From positions 224,204-288,203 of the forward strand of contig NW_013657627.1 of the NCBI RefSeq assembly GCF_000142905.1: a stretch of DNA of 64,000 nt, in the 5' to 3' direction. The translations under genes and the position numbers were made by a program. Positions 1 through 10,790 of the stretch are shown here, in pieces. The stretch comes from Thecamonas trahens ATCC 50062. Its lineage: Eukaryota > Protista > Apusomonadida. Within the stretch, counting starts at the first letter, position 1. The number at the start of each line of letters is the position of its first letter. The notes under the pieces are model-generated. The model worked only from the letters and a program-made list of their open reading frames with translations. It had not been told where the DNA came from and made no database searches.

Positions 1-82
1 AGGCAGCGGATGGAGAAGGCGGCAGAGGGCGTGGGTGACTCACGGAGCGTGGGCGGGAGGGGTGTAGTGTAAGTGTAACGAG

Positions 83-1066
83 ATGGGCAAGCTTCTCTCC
101 AAGTTCCAGGGCTCTATGCCGCCGTCTGAGGTGTTTGTGGACTTTGCCAACGCGGCGCCGCAGACGGACGCCGAGCGGGCGGTGTTTGAGCCAGTGCAGG
201 CGGTCATTGACGAGGCGGACCAGATTCTGCAGTCGCTGCTTACGTACGAGGGGTGTGGCGAGCTGATCCGCGAGGCTATTGTGAACCCGTCGGACGCGTC
301 GACGGCTGCGGCGTGGCAGGCTGTCATTCCGCAGGTGCATCTGCTCCGGCAGTTCTACGAGTTCTCGGTCACGCTCACGGGCGTCATTCCGAGCCTGCTG
401 CAAGCGCTGTGCGAGCCCGGGAATGCAGAGGACACGCTGGTGGCGATGCAGTCATTGACTCGCCAGCTGGCGGACATCATGAACTTTGTGCTCCGCTTCG
501 ACGACTCGAAGATGACCAACCCGGCGATCCAGAACGACTTTTCGTTCTACCGGCGGACGCTGAACAAGATGAAGATGACGGACCCGAATGTCGAGGTGCC
601 GATCAAGGACGACCTCGCCAACAAGATGTCGCTCTTCTACGCCTACCCGACGCCCATGATGAAGTGCTTGTCGGAGACGACGGTCTCGTTTGTGTCCAAC
701 AACTCGCTCCCGCGGGAGTCGGTCACCGAGCTCTTTGCCACCATGGCCAACGCGTGCTACTCGATGGTCCAGCTCGACAAGTTCAACGACCCCGCCGACA
801 CGGTCAACCAGGACCGGCTCAACATGTTCTGCCTCCGCGCCCTCACGGCCTCGATCATCATCTATGACCACTCGGACCCCATCGGCGCCTTCCACAAGAA
901 GTCGCCCATCCACATCCGCGCCGCCATCCAGACCCTCAAGGAGTTCCAGCCGGTCAACCCAGGCGACCACACCGAGACCGAGTCACTCATCAACGCCCTG
1001 CGCTTCACCACGGTCCATCTCAACGACGAGGGTGTGCCCTCTGCTGTGCAGGCCCTTCTCGAATGA
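83..1066 (+). CDS. CYRI: CYFIP-related Rac1 interactor (FAM49/DUF1394 family)
   Basis: 327 aa. N-terminal MGKLLSK is myristoylation-like. Family motifs: FVDFANAAP, LRFDDSKMTNPAIQNDFSFYRR, ANKMSLFYAYPTPM, IIIYDH..P.GAF, LINALRFTTVHLND. Confidence 0.93.
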   Translation: MGKLLSKFQGSMPPSEVFVDFANAAPQTDAERAVFEPVQAVIDEADQILQSLLTYEGCGELIREAIVNPSDASTAAAWQAVIPQVHLLRQFYEFSVTLTGVIPSLLQALCEPGNAEDTLVAMQSLTRQLADIMNFVLRFDDSKMTNPAIQNDFSFYRRTLNKMKMTDPNVEVPIKDDLANKMSLFYAYPTPMMKCLSETTVSFVSNNSLPRESVTELFATMANACYSMVQLDKFNDPADTVNQDRLNMFCLRALTASIIIYDHSDPIGAFHKKSPIHIRAAIQTLKEFQPVNPGDHTETESLINALRFTTVHLNDEGVPSAVQALLE

Positions 1067-1574
1067 TTCTCTGACGCACGATGTTCCAGAAACGAATGAA
1101 ATGCAAATAGGCGTGTAGCATCCCCCCCGCCCCCTCTCTTTCTCTTACACACCGCCTTTGCCTTCCTCGATCAGGCCCCATCTGCCTCGATCAGGCTAGC
1201 AATTAGGCTACCACTCAGACCCTCGATCAAGCCCCGATCGAGGCGCGATGATAGCTGCAGATCGCCAGCCACGATCATGAACTCATTCCGAGTCTTATCA
1301 TCGCCTGCCAGCTTGCTGCCTTGTACATATCCCGCTGCTTGGCCAACCGATAGAGTTGCAACGCCAAGCATCCGCCACGACAAAGTGGCCAAGGTCGCCG
1401 ACTCGCCAAAAAAAAAATATATGGCTTTTCGGCTCGTCAGGCCGACGACGTTCGCAAGTAACCGACGACAGGGCGTGTTCCTCCCCCGCCCCACCGCTGG
1501 TGGTGTGGCCAAGGGTAAGAGACTCGCGTCTGCAAATACACCGCACTCTCTCAGTTGTACAACGATTGTAGAGT

Positions 1575-2216
1575 ATGGCTACTGACAACACAGTCCAGCA
1601 GCTTGCCGGAGCCGTCCTCCCGACGGCCCTCCGTGAGCTTCTTGGAGCACAGGGCCAAATCAAGGAGATCGCAGAGTACTTTGAGCAAGCGTACGCAGCC
1701 GATGCCGACAAGAACAAGGTCTTTTCAGAGACGCAGGTCTACACCAAGAATGCTCTTGGCAACGTTGCCTTTCATGTCAATGTTGTGGGCTCGCACATGG
1801 TCTCCTTCCTCAACAAGCAGTTTGATGAGCTCGATACCATGCAGCTCCAGTTTGACGCCGTCATGTCGAGGCTGAACAACGCTCGCTATACCCTTGGCCT
1901 CTCGAACTTGTCCTCCTACCTCGCTCCTCGCATCTACAAGACTCGCCCGGTCTCTACTCCTCTCAAGGGCGATGCCGTTCCCGAGGGCGCTCGCATGCTT
2001 GATCGCTACGAGCGCCGTCCTGTCGATCTCTCCTCCCTCGACGATGTCGGCATCACCCTCCGTAACTACAAGATGTCCACAAAGCCCCGCGTTGACCTCC
2101 GCCCGGCTGTCACTCCTGCCTCTAGCTCTGCCGCCCCGTCGTCGCCTGCCCCACCGCCCTCGCCGGGAGGTGCTGCACCGCCTACGCCTTTTTGTTGCAT
2201 CTCCGGTTTTGTGGGG
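1575..2216 (+). CDS. ABI: Abl-interactor (ABI/ABIL) WAVE regulatory complex subunit; 3' end lost in assembly gap
   Basis: ABI N-terminal helical region (IAEYFEQAY..DADKNKVFSETQVYTKNALGNVAFHVN..MVSFLNKQ), HHR-like motif RYERRPVDLSSLDDVG, then a Pro-rich segment running into Ns. Confidence 0.88.
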
Positions 2217-3450
2217 NNNNNNNNNNNNNNNNNNNNNNNNNNNNNNNNNNNNNNNNNNNNNNNNNNNNNNNNNNNNNNNNNNNNNNNNNNNNNNNNNNNN
2301 NNNNNNNNNNNNNNNNNNNNNNNNNNNNNNNNNNNNNNNNNNNNNNNNNNNNNNNNNNNNNNNNNNNNNNNNNNNNNNNNNNNNNNNNNNNNNNNNNNNN
2401 NNNNNNNNNNNNNNNNNNNNNNNNNNNNNNNNNNNNNNNNNNNNNNNNNNNNNNNNNNNNNNNNNNNNNNNNNNNNNNNNNNNNNNNNNNNNNNNNNNNN
2501 NNNNNNNNNNNNNNNNNNNNNNNNNNNNNNNNNNNNNNNNNNNNNNNNNNNNNNNNNNNNNNNNNNNNNNNNNNNNNNNNNNNNNNNNNNNNNNNNNNNN
2601 NNNNNNNNNNNNNNNNNNNNNNNNNNNNNNNNNNNNNNNNNNNNNNNNNNNNNNNNNNNNNNNNNNNNNNNNNNNNNNNNNNNNNNNNNNNNNNNNNNNN
2701 NNNNNNNNNNNNNNNNNNNNNNNNNNNNNNNNNNNNNNNNNNNNNNNNNNNNNNNNNNNNNNNNNNNNNNNNNNNNNNNNNNNNNNNNNNNNNNNNNNNN
2801 NNNNNNNNNNNNNNNNNNNNNNNNNNNNNNNCGTATCCGGGAGCGCCGCCGCCGCCGCCGCCTTAATCTACCGCACTGCGGTGGCCATCTTGCTCAACTC
2901 TCCGCCTCAACTTTATTTTTGCGCTGCGGCGAATCTCACTCTCTCTGCACATGACCTTCCGAGTGAATTCGATCGTCGACAGAAGTCAGGCGGCAGCAAA
3001 CGCTCACCAATCCCAATCCTATCTAGTTTGACAATCCATTGAGTGAGTGTGCTCCCAATGTTTGCCACACATCAGCCGACACGAAGCGAGGGGTGCGGAG
3101 CCGGCGAGCTGGGGCGAAGTAAGACCTTCCATCACGCCCCACCAAGCCGACTACCACCGTCAACCACCCACCTTGTGCCAGAGCATATGTCCGCTCATCT
3201 AGCTGGCCACTACCCGACATACCAACAGTATGAGAAGGGCATGCCGCGTTCGCCGAGAATAGAACAGCGGGGAAATAGGCGCGAAAGAAGCGGCATTTTT
3301 TTTTTGTCCAGACACTCTGCCGGTCGCAGCACGTGCGCGGCGAAATTCACTGCTGCGGGGGATCGATAGATGTTCTGCGTGGTTGGGAAAGTCAACTGGT
3401 AACCCCTCACTCCGGCCAAGGCAACTACAGTCAAAGCTGTCTGTCCAAAG

Positions 3451-4821
3451 ATGAAGTTCACGTATGGAGCAGCACCTACACAACGTGTTCGGTGGACGGA
3501 GGAGGAGTCGCTGCTTCTTGCTGAGCTCTATCTCTCGCATGGTGTGACGCAGGGAGTGAAAGGCGGTATGTTGGAGTCACTCGTTGCCACCTTCAACGAG
3601 CGTCTTGGCTACGACCAGCCCAACCACCCACGGTACCGCGACAATAAGTCCATTCAAAACCGCATGTCCCGCCTTCGCACCATGTGGCGCAGCCGGAGGA
3701 AGAAGGGCCCGCACGCCTATGATGCCTACGCCTCGGTCGAGGAGCGCCGCTTCCACAAGCGGATCGACGACCTCCTCGAAAGGATCGAAGACAAAAAATG
3801 CTCAAACAGCGCGGTGCACCGGTCGGCCAAACGCAAACGCGGCACCTCGTCGCGCAAGTCTGTCTCGCACCGAGTCTCCTCGGTCTCCTCAGTCCATGGC
3901 CGCCCTGGCAACTTTGCCCACCACCAGAGGAGCATGTACCCTGCCTCGTCTGCCATCCCGACCTCGCCGTACATGGCTTCGTCCATGACCGGCCTCCACT
4001 CGGGCCTTCTCCAACACCAACAGAGCCAGACAGGCAACCAGCAGGCTGCTGCTGCTGCTGCTGCCGCCGCCGCGTGGGCAAACCCCATGCTCTCGTTCAT
4101 GTACGGCATGGGCTCACCAGCCTCCTCCGCCGCCCCGGGCGCAGGCGCAGGCGCAGGCTCCGACCCGCAGCAGGCCATGTACCTGCCTTTTGCCTACGCT
4201 CAGATGCAGGCCGCAGCCTACGCCCGCTTTGCCATGCAGCAGGCGCAGGCTGCGCAGGCTGCGCAGGCCGCGCAGGCCGCGCAGGCCGCGCAGGCCGCAC
4301 ACTCGACGTCACACGCCCCCTCAGCCGTCTCCAACGACGGCGCCTCCGCACCCACGCGCCCCGAGTACCTCGCCCACCCGTCGCATCCGACCGCATCCGT
4401 TGCCTCGGCCGCTCCCACTAGCCATCTTGCGCCCACCGTGGCGCCCTCGGCTGAAAAGTCGCCCCTTGTTGGCGATGCTACTGCCACAGGCTCGCCGTTC
4501 TTTGGCGACGCCGCCGCCTCGCTTGCCTCAATGATGCTGCCGTCCACCTCGCGTGAACGGTCGCAGTCGCCCACCTCGGCTCGCGCCACGGCCTTTGTGC
4601 CGCCCATCGCCTCGTCAACCGGTCTTGATCTTGGTGCCGGCTCCCTCGCGTCGAACAACAACGACGACGACGAGGGCGCCCCGCCGCTCAAGAAGGCCCG
4701 CGGTCTTGCCCCCTCCAATGACGTCGCTCCGTCTCCCTCTACCTTTACCTTGCCTGGGAAGTCGAGCGGCTCACCCGCCCGGGAGCAGAACGCTGCTGAC
4801 GTTCTCCTTGCACTCTCGTAA
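3451..4821 (+). CDS. Myb/SANT-like (trihelix-type) putative DNA-binding protein with Ala/Gln-rich tail
   Basis: RVRWTEEESLLLAELY...VATFNERLG...RDNKSIQNRMSRLRTMW resembles a Myb/SANT-like domain. Basic NLS-like stretches (AKRKR, PPLKKAR) and low-complexity A/Q repeats follow. Confidence 0.6.
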   Translation: MKFTYGAAPTQRVRWTEEESLLLAELYLSHGVTQGVKGGMLESLVATFNERLGYDQPNHPRYRDNKSIQNRMSRLRTMWRSRRKKGPHAYDAYASVEERRFHKRIDDLLERIEDKKCSNSAVHRSAKRKRGTSSRKSVSHRVSSVSSVHGRPGNFAHHQRSMYPASSAIPTSPYMASSMTGLHSGLLQHQQSQTGNQQAAAAAAAAAAWANPMLSFMYGMGSPASSAAPGAGAGAGSDPQQAMYLPFAYAQMQAAAYARFAMQQAQAAQAAQAAQAAQAAQAAHSTSHAPSAVSNDGASAPTRPEYLAHPSHPTASVASAAPTSHLAPTVAPSAEKSPLVGDATATGSPFFGDAAASLASMMLPSTSRERSQSPTSARATAFVPPIASSTGLDLGAGSLASNNNDDDEGAPPLKKARGLAPSNDVAPSPSTFTLPGKSSGSPAREQNAADVLLALS

Positions 4822-5569
4822 GTGAATTCTTGCCCACTATCACGCTCTCCTTGCCTCTCTCTCTCTCTCTCTCTCCCCCCTCCACACCTCTTTCCCTGTA
4901 CCCTCTACGCCGTCGTCGCCATCTCTATCCGCTAAAAAGGCGTGCTTGCTCCACCACCCAGCCTTCCGCGCGTGCGCCACCGCAAAATGCGGCCCACATG
5001 CCACCACCCCCGGGCTGCCAGCCAAACAACCTCCTACAGAGCCCTTCGCTTGGCTGTCACCACCCTGCCTATGCTCTACCCCCTTACTACCCCCGTAGCC
5101 TCCCCTCCTTCCCGCCTTCCTCACTTTAACTCCCCTCGTTAGCCCCACCGCCCGCCCATACCCGCCAGCTCACCCCTCCCTCCCCCCCACGTGGGGTGAG
5201 GGAGGGGGGCAGGGGCATGTGGCGGAGCAACGCACGTGACCAACCGCTTCGCGCGCGGCTGGTGATCCTCACTTTTTTTTTTTTGCTCTGATGATGTGAA
5301 CCAGTTTGACGTCCACTGGACAATTCTTTATGCTTGCCGGGGAAAAAGTTGCGGCAGGGCGACGGCCAGTTCACTTTCGCGTTGCAAGTACCCTGCAAAG
5401 CGGCTTGCAAGCAGTAGCAGTGCAAAGGAGTCAAGCAAACTTGCTCATCAAGGCAAACAATTCATGCCGAGAAAAGTCCTGGGTCGCAGCGTGCATAGTC
5501 ATCAAGCTGAGAAGCGGTCGAGGATAATCGTCAAGGACGGTCGAGAGCGATCGAGGTCCGGTGGGTGAG

Positions 5570-7405
5570 CTAGCGCTGGGCAAACAGGGCCGGGAAGCGC
5601 GATTGGAGGGCAATGAGCCAGGCCGGGGCGAGTGGAGAGCGGGACTTGCGGTCGGCGGCGACGGCAAACATGTACGAGTTGACGAGGTTGCCAAAGGCAA
5701 AGGGCTTGAGCGGAGTGCGCGACTCGGGATCGCGGAGGTAGTTGTAGCGGCGGCCCGAGACGGTCTCGTTAAAGGTAACGTTGCGGGTAACAAAGACGAT
5801 CTGCGGGATGACGAGGTAGATGACAAAGATGACGCCGTAGCATTGGCAGGTGAAGAGGCCAAAAAGCAGCGGGTGCGACTCTAGCATGTGCGGGAGGAGC
5901 TCGAGCCACGAGGTGCACCAGCCCGAGGTGAGGATGCGGAGCTCGATGGGGAGCACGATCATTGCCGCCACCTCGTACAGCACCATGGCGAGCAGGAAGG
6001 CGCGATGGTTGCCGGCGCCCACGCAGTTGCCCAGCCACACACAGTGGTGATCAAACACGTCGACGCACACCCCACAGTCGGCACAGTGCTTGGACCGGAT
6101 CGGCCGCGGGATGCGGCAGGTGTTGCAAAAGCCCATGACCGAGTCTGGCGCCGTCTCGAGCACTTGCACGTACCTCGCCATCGCCGCCTCGTCGCTCGTT
6201 CCCGCATCAGCCGGCGGAAGCACGCCCGGGTCCGCAAAGCACGCCGTGGCGTACGCTGCCCAGACCAGGGCGGTAGCGACAAAGCCGGGCGCGGTCGAAA
6301 TGGCACCTGACTCGTCATCGTTGTGGTAGCTGAGGAGGGCGGCGACCGAGGAGGCAAAGCCGATGTTGTTGAGCACCACAAAGACGTACCGTGTCGCCGC
6401 CGTCGGCATCTGCCCGAGGTGGGAGGCGATGATGACACCAGCACCGACGGTGAGAACAACGCCAAAGAGAGCGGCCACAAACGGGAGGTGGAGGACAGCA
6501 AGGTAGAAGCCGAGGAGCAGCACACCTGCACTGAAGGCGCAGCGCTCGGCCAGCGCGCTTGCGGCCCGCGCTGCCCGCGCTGGCAGTGATGCCACCTCGG
6601 TCGGCGTCACCATGGTGAGCGGCAGCGCGTCCGGCGCCGTGTGCTCCTTGGCGAGTACCTCGGCAGTCTCGCGATCGGCGAGGTAGCCGGCAATGACTGC
6701 CGCCACGCTCCACAGCTGCATGTCACGAGCGAGATCAAGGACCGACCGTCCCTCGTCCGAGGCGACGGTGACAAGCGCCGCGCGCGGGATGGATTCGCAG
6801 TCGGAGAGCACCCGTCGCAGACACTTGGACTGGCGCGCAAGGACGGCAAGATGCAGCGGGGTGTTCCCGGCCCGGTCGACGGCATCTACTTTGGCGCCTT
6901 CGCCAATCAGCCACGTCGCCGCCATCGTCCTCCCGTAGAACATCGCCTCGTGCAGCGGCGTTCCACCAAAGGCGTCCCTCGTCGAGGGAGACCAACCGGC
7001 GACACGGACCAGGAAGAACAGCACGTCCATCTCGCCATCCCGCGCCGCAGCATGCAGCAGCGTCGACACACTTCCATCGTCATCGTCGTCCATCTCGTTG
7101 CCGTAGCAGCCCGTCTTGCCGTTATTGTTGGAAGGGTGATCCTGATCATCGTGATGGTGATCATGATTGTCGTGATGGTGATCATGATCCTCGCCACGAG
7201 CAAGTGCAGCAGCAGCAGGATCCCTCTCGTCGAGGTTCTTCATTGTCACAGAATCACATGTGTAGAGGGTAAAGTATGCGTTGTCATCAGCACCACGTCC
7301 GCCAAGCAATGGTGCCGCTGCCACTTCCCGCGCTTCCTCCAAATGCTTCCAGAGCTCGAGCACTTCCATAACAGTCTCTTTCACCTGCTTAATTACCTGT
7401 GCCAC
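5570..7405 (-). CDS. Ankyrin-repeat DHHC palmitoyltransferase (Akr1/ZDHHC17-like)
   Basis: Ankyrin motifs (TLLHAAA, GTPLHEA, GNTPLHLA), several TM helices, CNTC..PRPIRSKHCADC..CVDVFDHHCVWLGNCVG.GNHR, and a TTxE-like NVTFNE. Confidence 0.93.
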   Translation of the reverse strand: MAQVIKQVKETVMEVLELWKHLEEAREVAAAPLLGGRGADDNAYFTLYTCDSVTMKNLDERDPAAAALARGEDHDHHHDNHDHHHDDQDHPSNNNGKTGCYGNEMDDDDDGSVSTLLHAAARDGEMDVLFFLVRVAGWSPSTRDAFGGTPLHEAMFYGRTMAATWLIGEGAKVDAVDRAGNTPLHLAVLARQSKCLRRVLSDCESIPRAALVTVASDEGRSVLDLARDMQLWSVAAVIAGYLADRETAEVLAKEHTAPDALPLTMVTPTEVASLPARAARAASALAERCAFSAGVLLLGFYLAVLHLPFVAALFGVVLTVGAGVIIASHLGQMPTAATRYVFVVLNNIGFASSVAALLSYHNDDESGAISTAPGFVATALVWAAYATACFADPGVLPPADAGTSDEAAMARYVQVLETAPDSVMGFCNTCRIPRPIRSKHCADCGVCVDVFDHHCVWLGNCVGAGNHRAFLLAMVLYEVAAMIVLPIELRILTSGWCTSWLELLPHMLESHPLLFGLFTCQCYGVIFVIYLVIPQIVFVTRNVTFNETVSGRRYNYLRDPESRTPLKPFAFGNLVNSYMFAVAADRKSRSPLAPAWLIALQSRFPALFAQR

Positions 7406-7537
7406 TCTATGACAAGTGCTTGCTTGCTTGCCCCCCCCCCCCCCCCCCTCCCCCCCTCCCCTGTCCTCTCCTCCCCCCTGTCCTCGTCTCCCCTCACCTC
7501 CACCCAGACTCCGACTCGACTCGACTCAAATCGGACA

Positions 7538-7610
7538 CGACACGCCCGACACACCCGACACGCCCGACACGCCCGACACGTCCAACACGCCCAACACGCC
7601 CGATACGCCG
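7538..7610. repeat. 9-bp tandem repeat (gacacgccc / aacacgccc)
   Basis: About 8 degenerate copies visible upstream of the DHHC gene. Confidence 0.8.
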
Positions 7611-7886
7611 ATGTTTCCGAATGTTGGCGAATAAGGAGATCGGGATGGGGAGGGGGGGAGGGGGAGGGGGGAGGGGGGGGGGGATGTCGGTGGAGATATC
7701 GAGGCAGCCTGTGCTGGGGGGCCAGGTGATGGCGTTGCGCAACGTGACCGAGGGTGGTCAAAGTGGAAGGCAGGGGGGGGGGGGGGNNNNNNNNNNNNNN
7801 NNNNNNNNNNNNNNNNNNNNNNNNNNNNNNNNNNNNNNNNNNNNNNNNNNNNNNNNNNNNNNNNNNNNNNNNNNNNNNNNNNNNNN

Positions 7887-8152
7887 TGGGCTTTTGCAAC
7901 ACCTGCCGCCATCCGCGGCCGATCCGGTCCAAGCAACTGTGCCGACTGTCGAGGTGTGGCGTCGACGTGTTGATCACCACTGTGTGTGGCTGGGCAACTG
8001 CGTGGGCGGCCGGCAAACAATCGCGCCTTCCTGCTCGCCATGGTGCTGTACGAGGTGGCGGCAATGAATCGTGCTCCCATCGAGCTCCGCATCCTCACCT
8101 CGGGCTGGTGCACCTCGTGGCTCGAGCTCCTCCCGCACATGCTAGAGTCGCA
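7887..8152 (+). repeat. Inverted, indel-containing copy of the DHHC-domain segment at ~5874-6136 (probable assembly chimera)
   Basis: Near-identical to the reverse complement of 5874-6136. Indels cluster next to the N gap and identity ends abruptly after ...CTAGAGTCGCA. Confidence 0.85.
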
Positions 8153-8315
8153 GCAGAGAGGGGGGAGGGGGAATCGGGCAGGGATCGGGGCCCGAATGAC
8201 CCTGTGCGGTCAAAGGGTAGGGCTGCCTCTGATCGCATCGTGTGCAGAAGCGGCTGGTGGTGGTGGCTTACCCACGACCCCCCCCCCCTCCCTCGACCAC
8301 CACCACCTCACTCTC

Positions 8316-9185
8316 ATGGCGATGACCATGGTAACAGTGACGACTGGCATTCTTCTCTTGACCTTGGTCCTCGGTGTGGTGCTCACTGAGTACACCACGA
8401 CCGGACTCACCTTTGAGAAGGTCCGGCTGGTCTCATCGTGGTCGGCCGGGAAAGGCTCGCGGTCGGCCGAGAAAGGCTCTTGGTCGGCCGGGAAAGGCAT
8501 GGAGGAGTCCGAGGTGGTGGGGAGGGAGGAGGGCAAGAGGCTGAGCAACTCGTCGACGACTGTCGTCAATTATCTGTTCCGATCAGATCTTCCGGAGATT
8601 GGCTCTGCTGGAAACAGATCATTTGCATGGAATGAACTGATGAGCTACATGGCTGAGCGTGCTGATGCTGCAGGGTTGCCGTGGCCGACTCACCGTCAAC
8701 CGTATGTGGTCGATCTCTCGCTGCTCGACGCCGTCAAGGACGCGAGCAAGTACGATGTGGAGAAAAAGTTCTTTGCTGCTCATCCAGAGCTCGGCGAGTT
8801 CCACTTGTGGTCCATCTGGGGCATCGATGTCAATCCCAACTCGCTCGGCAAGCACGAGCGCAACGCCATGCTCGACGTCTTTCACCTGTGGGACGTCGAT
8901 CAGCTCTCCTCTCGCTTGCCGGACCTCCACAAGATGATGACCACAGACTATGGCGCGCCGCGCGTCTTCCTCTTCCACTGCTACTCGGGCGTCGATCGGA
9001 CCGGCGAGTTTGGCGGCGCTTGGCAGCTCAAGTATGGCGGCTGGAACTTGACCCAGGCCATCGCCTGGGACACCGCCATCAAGGGCAAACCCATTCTCAC
9101 CCCAAACTCGGACATGCTCGCCTGGTACTGCTACTACCTCGAGCAGAAGGAGGGCATGTCGGGCCTGGCTTGCAACCACCCGTAG
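8316..9185 (+). CDS. Signal-peptide-bearing CX5R (PTP/dual-specificity-like) phosphatase
   Basis: Hydrophobic N-terminus GILLLTLVLGVVL, NYLFRSDLP, and catalytic loop FLFHCYSGVDRTGE. The upstream part of the ORF-track call comes from the duplicated DHHC fragment, so I placed the start at ATG 8316. Confidence 0.75.
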   Translation: MAMTMVTVTTGILLLTLVLGVVLTEYTTTGLTFEKVRLVSSWSAGKGSRSAEKGSWSAGKGMEESEVVGREEGKRLSNSSTTVVNYLFRSDLPEIGSAGNRSFAWNELMSYMAERADAAGLPWPTHRQPYVVDLSLLDAVKDASKYDVEKKFFAAHPELGEFHLWSIWGIDVNPNSLGKHERNAMLDVFHLWDVDQLSSRLPDLHKMMTTDYGAPRVFLFHCYSGVDRTGEFGGAWQLKYGGWNLTQAIAWDTAIKGKPILTPNSDMLAWYCYYLEQKEGMSGLACNHP

Positions 9186-9187
9186 CC

Positions 9188-10360
9188 TCACCCCGCAAGC
9201 CGGATCGAGACCACTGCGGCGGCAATGGTAAATGCAGAGACTGCGATCCGGCCCGCAAGCCCAGGCGTGACCGGCACGCCCACAACCTGCCACGCCACCA
9301 GCTCCAGCATCTGCGTCGCATGCCCTGCAGCCGCAGACTCGAGCAGCGCGCCAGTTCCACGAAGCGGCCGCGTCAGCAGCGCCACTCGCAGCCGCGCTGC
9401 CCGTCCGGCAACCATCACAAGTGCATACAGCGGGCCGAGAAGCAGCGCGTACACCCCGATGGCGTTCACGATCAGGCTCACCACCTCGCCGGCGTCTGCC
9501 TTGGCCGAAAACGACTGCGACAGCTCAACCAGCGAGTACACCAGCGCCATGATCGACGGCAGGAAGAAGATGACCGAGACCACTGCGTACCGCGCCGACA
9601 GCGCGTCGGCCACAGACGCTAAATCCGCCAGCATCGGCAGCAACTCGACACTCTGCCCTCCTCCTGCCCGTCCACCCTCGCCGCCGCCGCCGCCCTCGCT
9701 TTCAGCCGGCGCCACCACACCAGAAGCCACCACATCCACAGCGTGAGCCACAAGCAGCGCAACAACAATCAAATGCCCCACCACCATGCACATGCCGGCC
9801 ACAATCGTGGCAGAGACCACGCCCTCGACAACTAGCCCGAGCCACCAGCGCTCGAACAGCGAAGCGCCAAATCCGACAAAGAGCAAGCCGACGATGGCCG
9901 TCACAGCAAACACACACCGCCAGATCCTCGCCTCACTCGCCACAAACCGTGCCACCGCCTGATCGTCGTCTCGCAGCGCGATGGTCACCACCTCTGACCA
10001 GCTCTTGGCCACCGATCCGGCGAGCTTGACCGGCGAGGCAAAGGCCCACACGCCAGCGAGGTAGAGGACGACCCAGAGGAGCATCGCCAGCGCTCCCGTC
10101 ACCGCCATTTCCCGCGAATACATCCTAGGCGCCACTTGTCCATCATCGACACCGCTGGCCATCACGCCGTAGAAGACTGCAGCGCAGATGCCGATCCCTG
10201 CGCTTGTCGCCACACGTATCGTCGCTCCGCCGTCGAGCGCCCATCCGAGTCCCCACAGCTGGACCGCTGTCGCGTATGGCCGGACATACCGCGGCCGCCT
10301 CTCGCCCACCAGCGCATCCGTCTCCTGCCGCACCTCGGTCTCGCCTTCGCTTCCTGCCAT
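9188..10360 (-). CDS. Seven-TM protein, candidate gustatory-receptor-like (GRL/DUF3537) ion channel
   Basis: 390 aa from ATG 10360. Seven hydrophobic segments, no signal peptide, N-terminal PY..AVQLWGL, a long loop between TM4 and TM5, and C-terminal WQVVGVPVT followed by a final helix. Confidence 0.6.
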   Translation of the reverse strand: MAGSEGETEVRQETDALVGERRPRYVRPYATAVQLWGLGWALDGGATIRVATSAGIGICAAVFYGVMASGVDDGQVAPRMYSREMAVTGALAMLLWVVLYLAGVWAFASPVKLAGSVAKSWSEVVTIALRDDDQAVARFVASEARIWRCVFAVTAIVGLLFVGFGASLFERWWLGLVVEGVVSATIVAGMCMVVGHLIVVALLVAHAVDVVASGVVAPAESEGGGGGEGGRAGGGQSVELLPMLADLASVADALSARYAVVSVIFFLPSIMALVYSLVELSQSFSAKADAGEVVSLIVNAIGVYALLLGPLYALVMVAGRAARLRVALLTRPLRGTGALLESAAAGHATQMLELVAWQVVGVPVTPGLAGRIAVSAFTIAAAVVSIRLAG

Positions 10361-10790
10361 GCGAGACGTGTGAGCCTGCCGCAACTCTGGTACCTTCAGC
10401 CTGCTTTGTCCACGCCAAGACAACTTTATCTCGGTGTATGATTCGGTGTCCAACCATAAAAAGGATACAATTTGCCCCCTCCCCCCTCCCTTCCCCACTC
10501 TTGTCCCCCCCCCCCCCCCCTCCGTCCCCACTATAGACCAGTAACTGCCCTCTACCCATCCATCATCGCTCCCAACGTCCATTCAGCCCCGCTTCTACCC
10601 ATGCTTGTTCTTGCCGCACCCGACCCGGTACAAATAGACCAAAATTTCCCCAATGTTCGACCTTCCCACGCGCGCTTTCCTCCCGCCACTCGCTAGCATC
10701 GAACCTTCCATGACCACCCCCCGCACCCCTCCCCCACTCCACCTCACGCCACCCATACGCCACCCCACCCATACACCACACACAGTGGAG

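Noticed and set aside
1894-3042. Long ORFs spanning the first N gap
   Set aside because: They are open only because Ns contain no stop codons. The ABI C-terminus, including whether it has an SH3 domain, cannot be determined.
7887-8152. DHHC-phosphatase fusion gene (ORF 7986-9185) or hairpin-RNA locus
   Set aside because: The inverted copy abuts an N gap and its indels increase toward the gap, as expected of a low-quality or chimeric read end. It cannot be supported as biological without reads.
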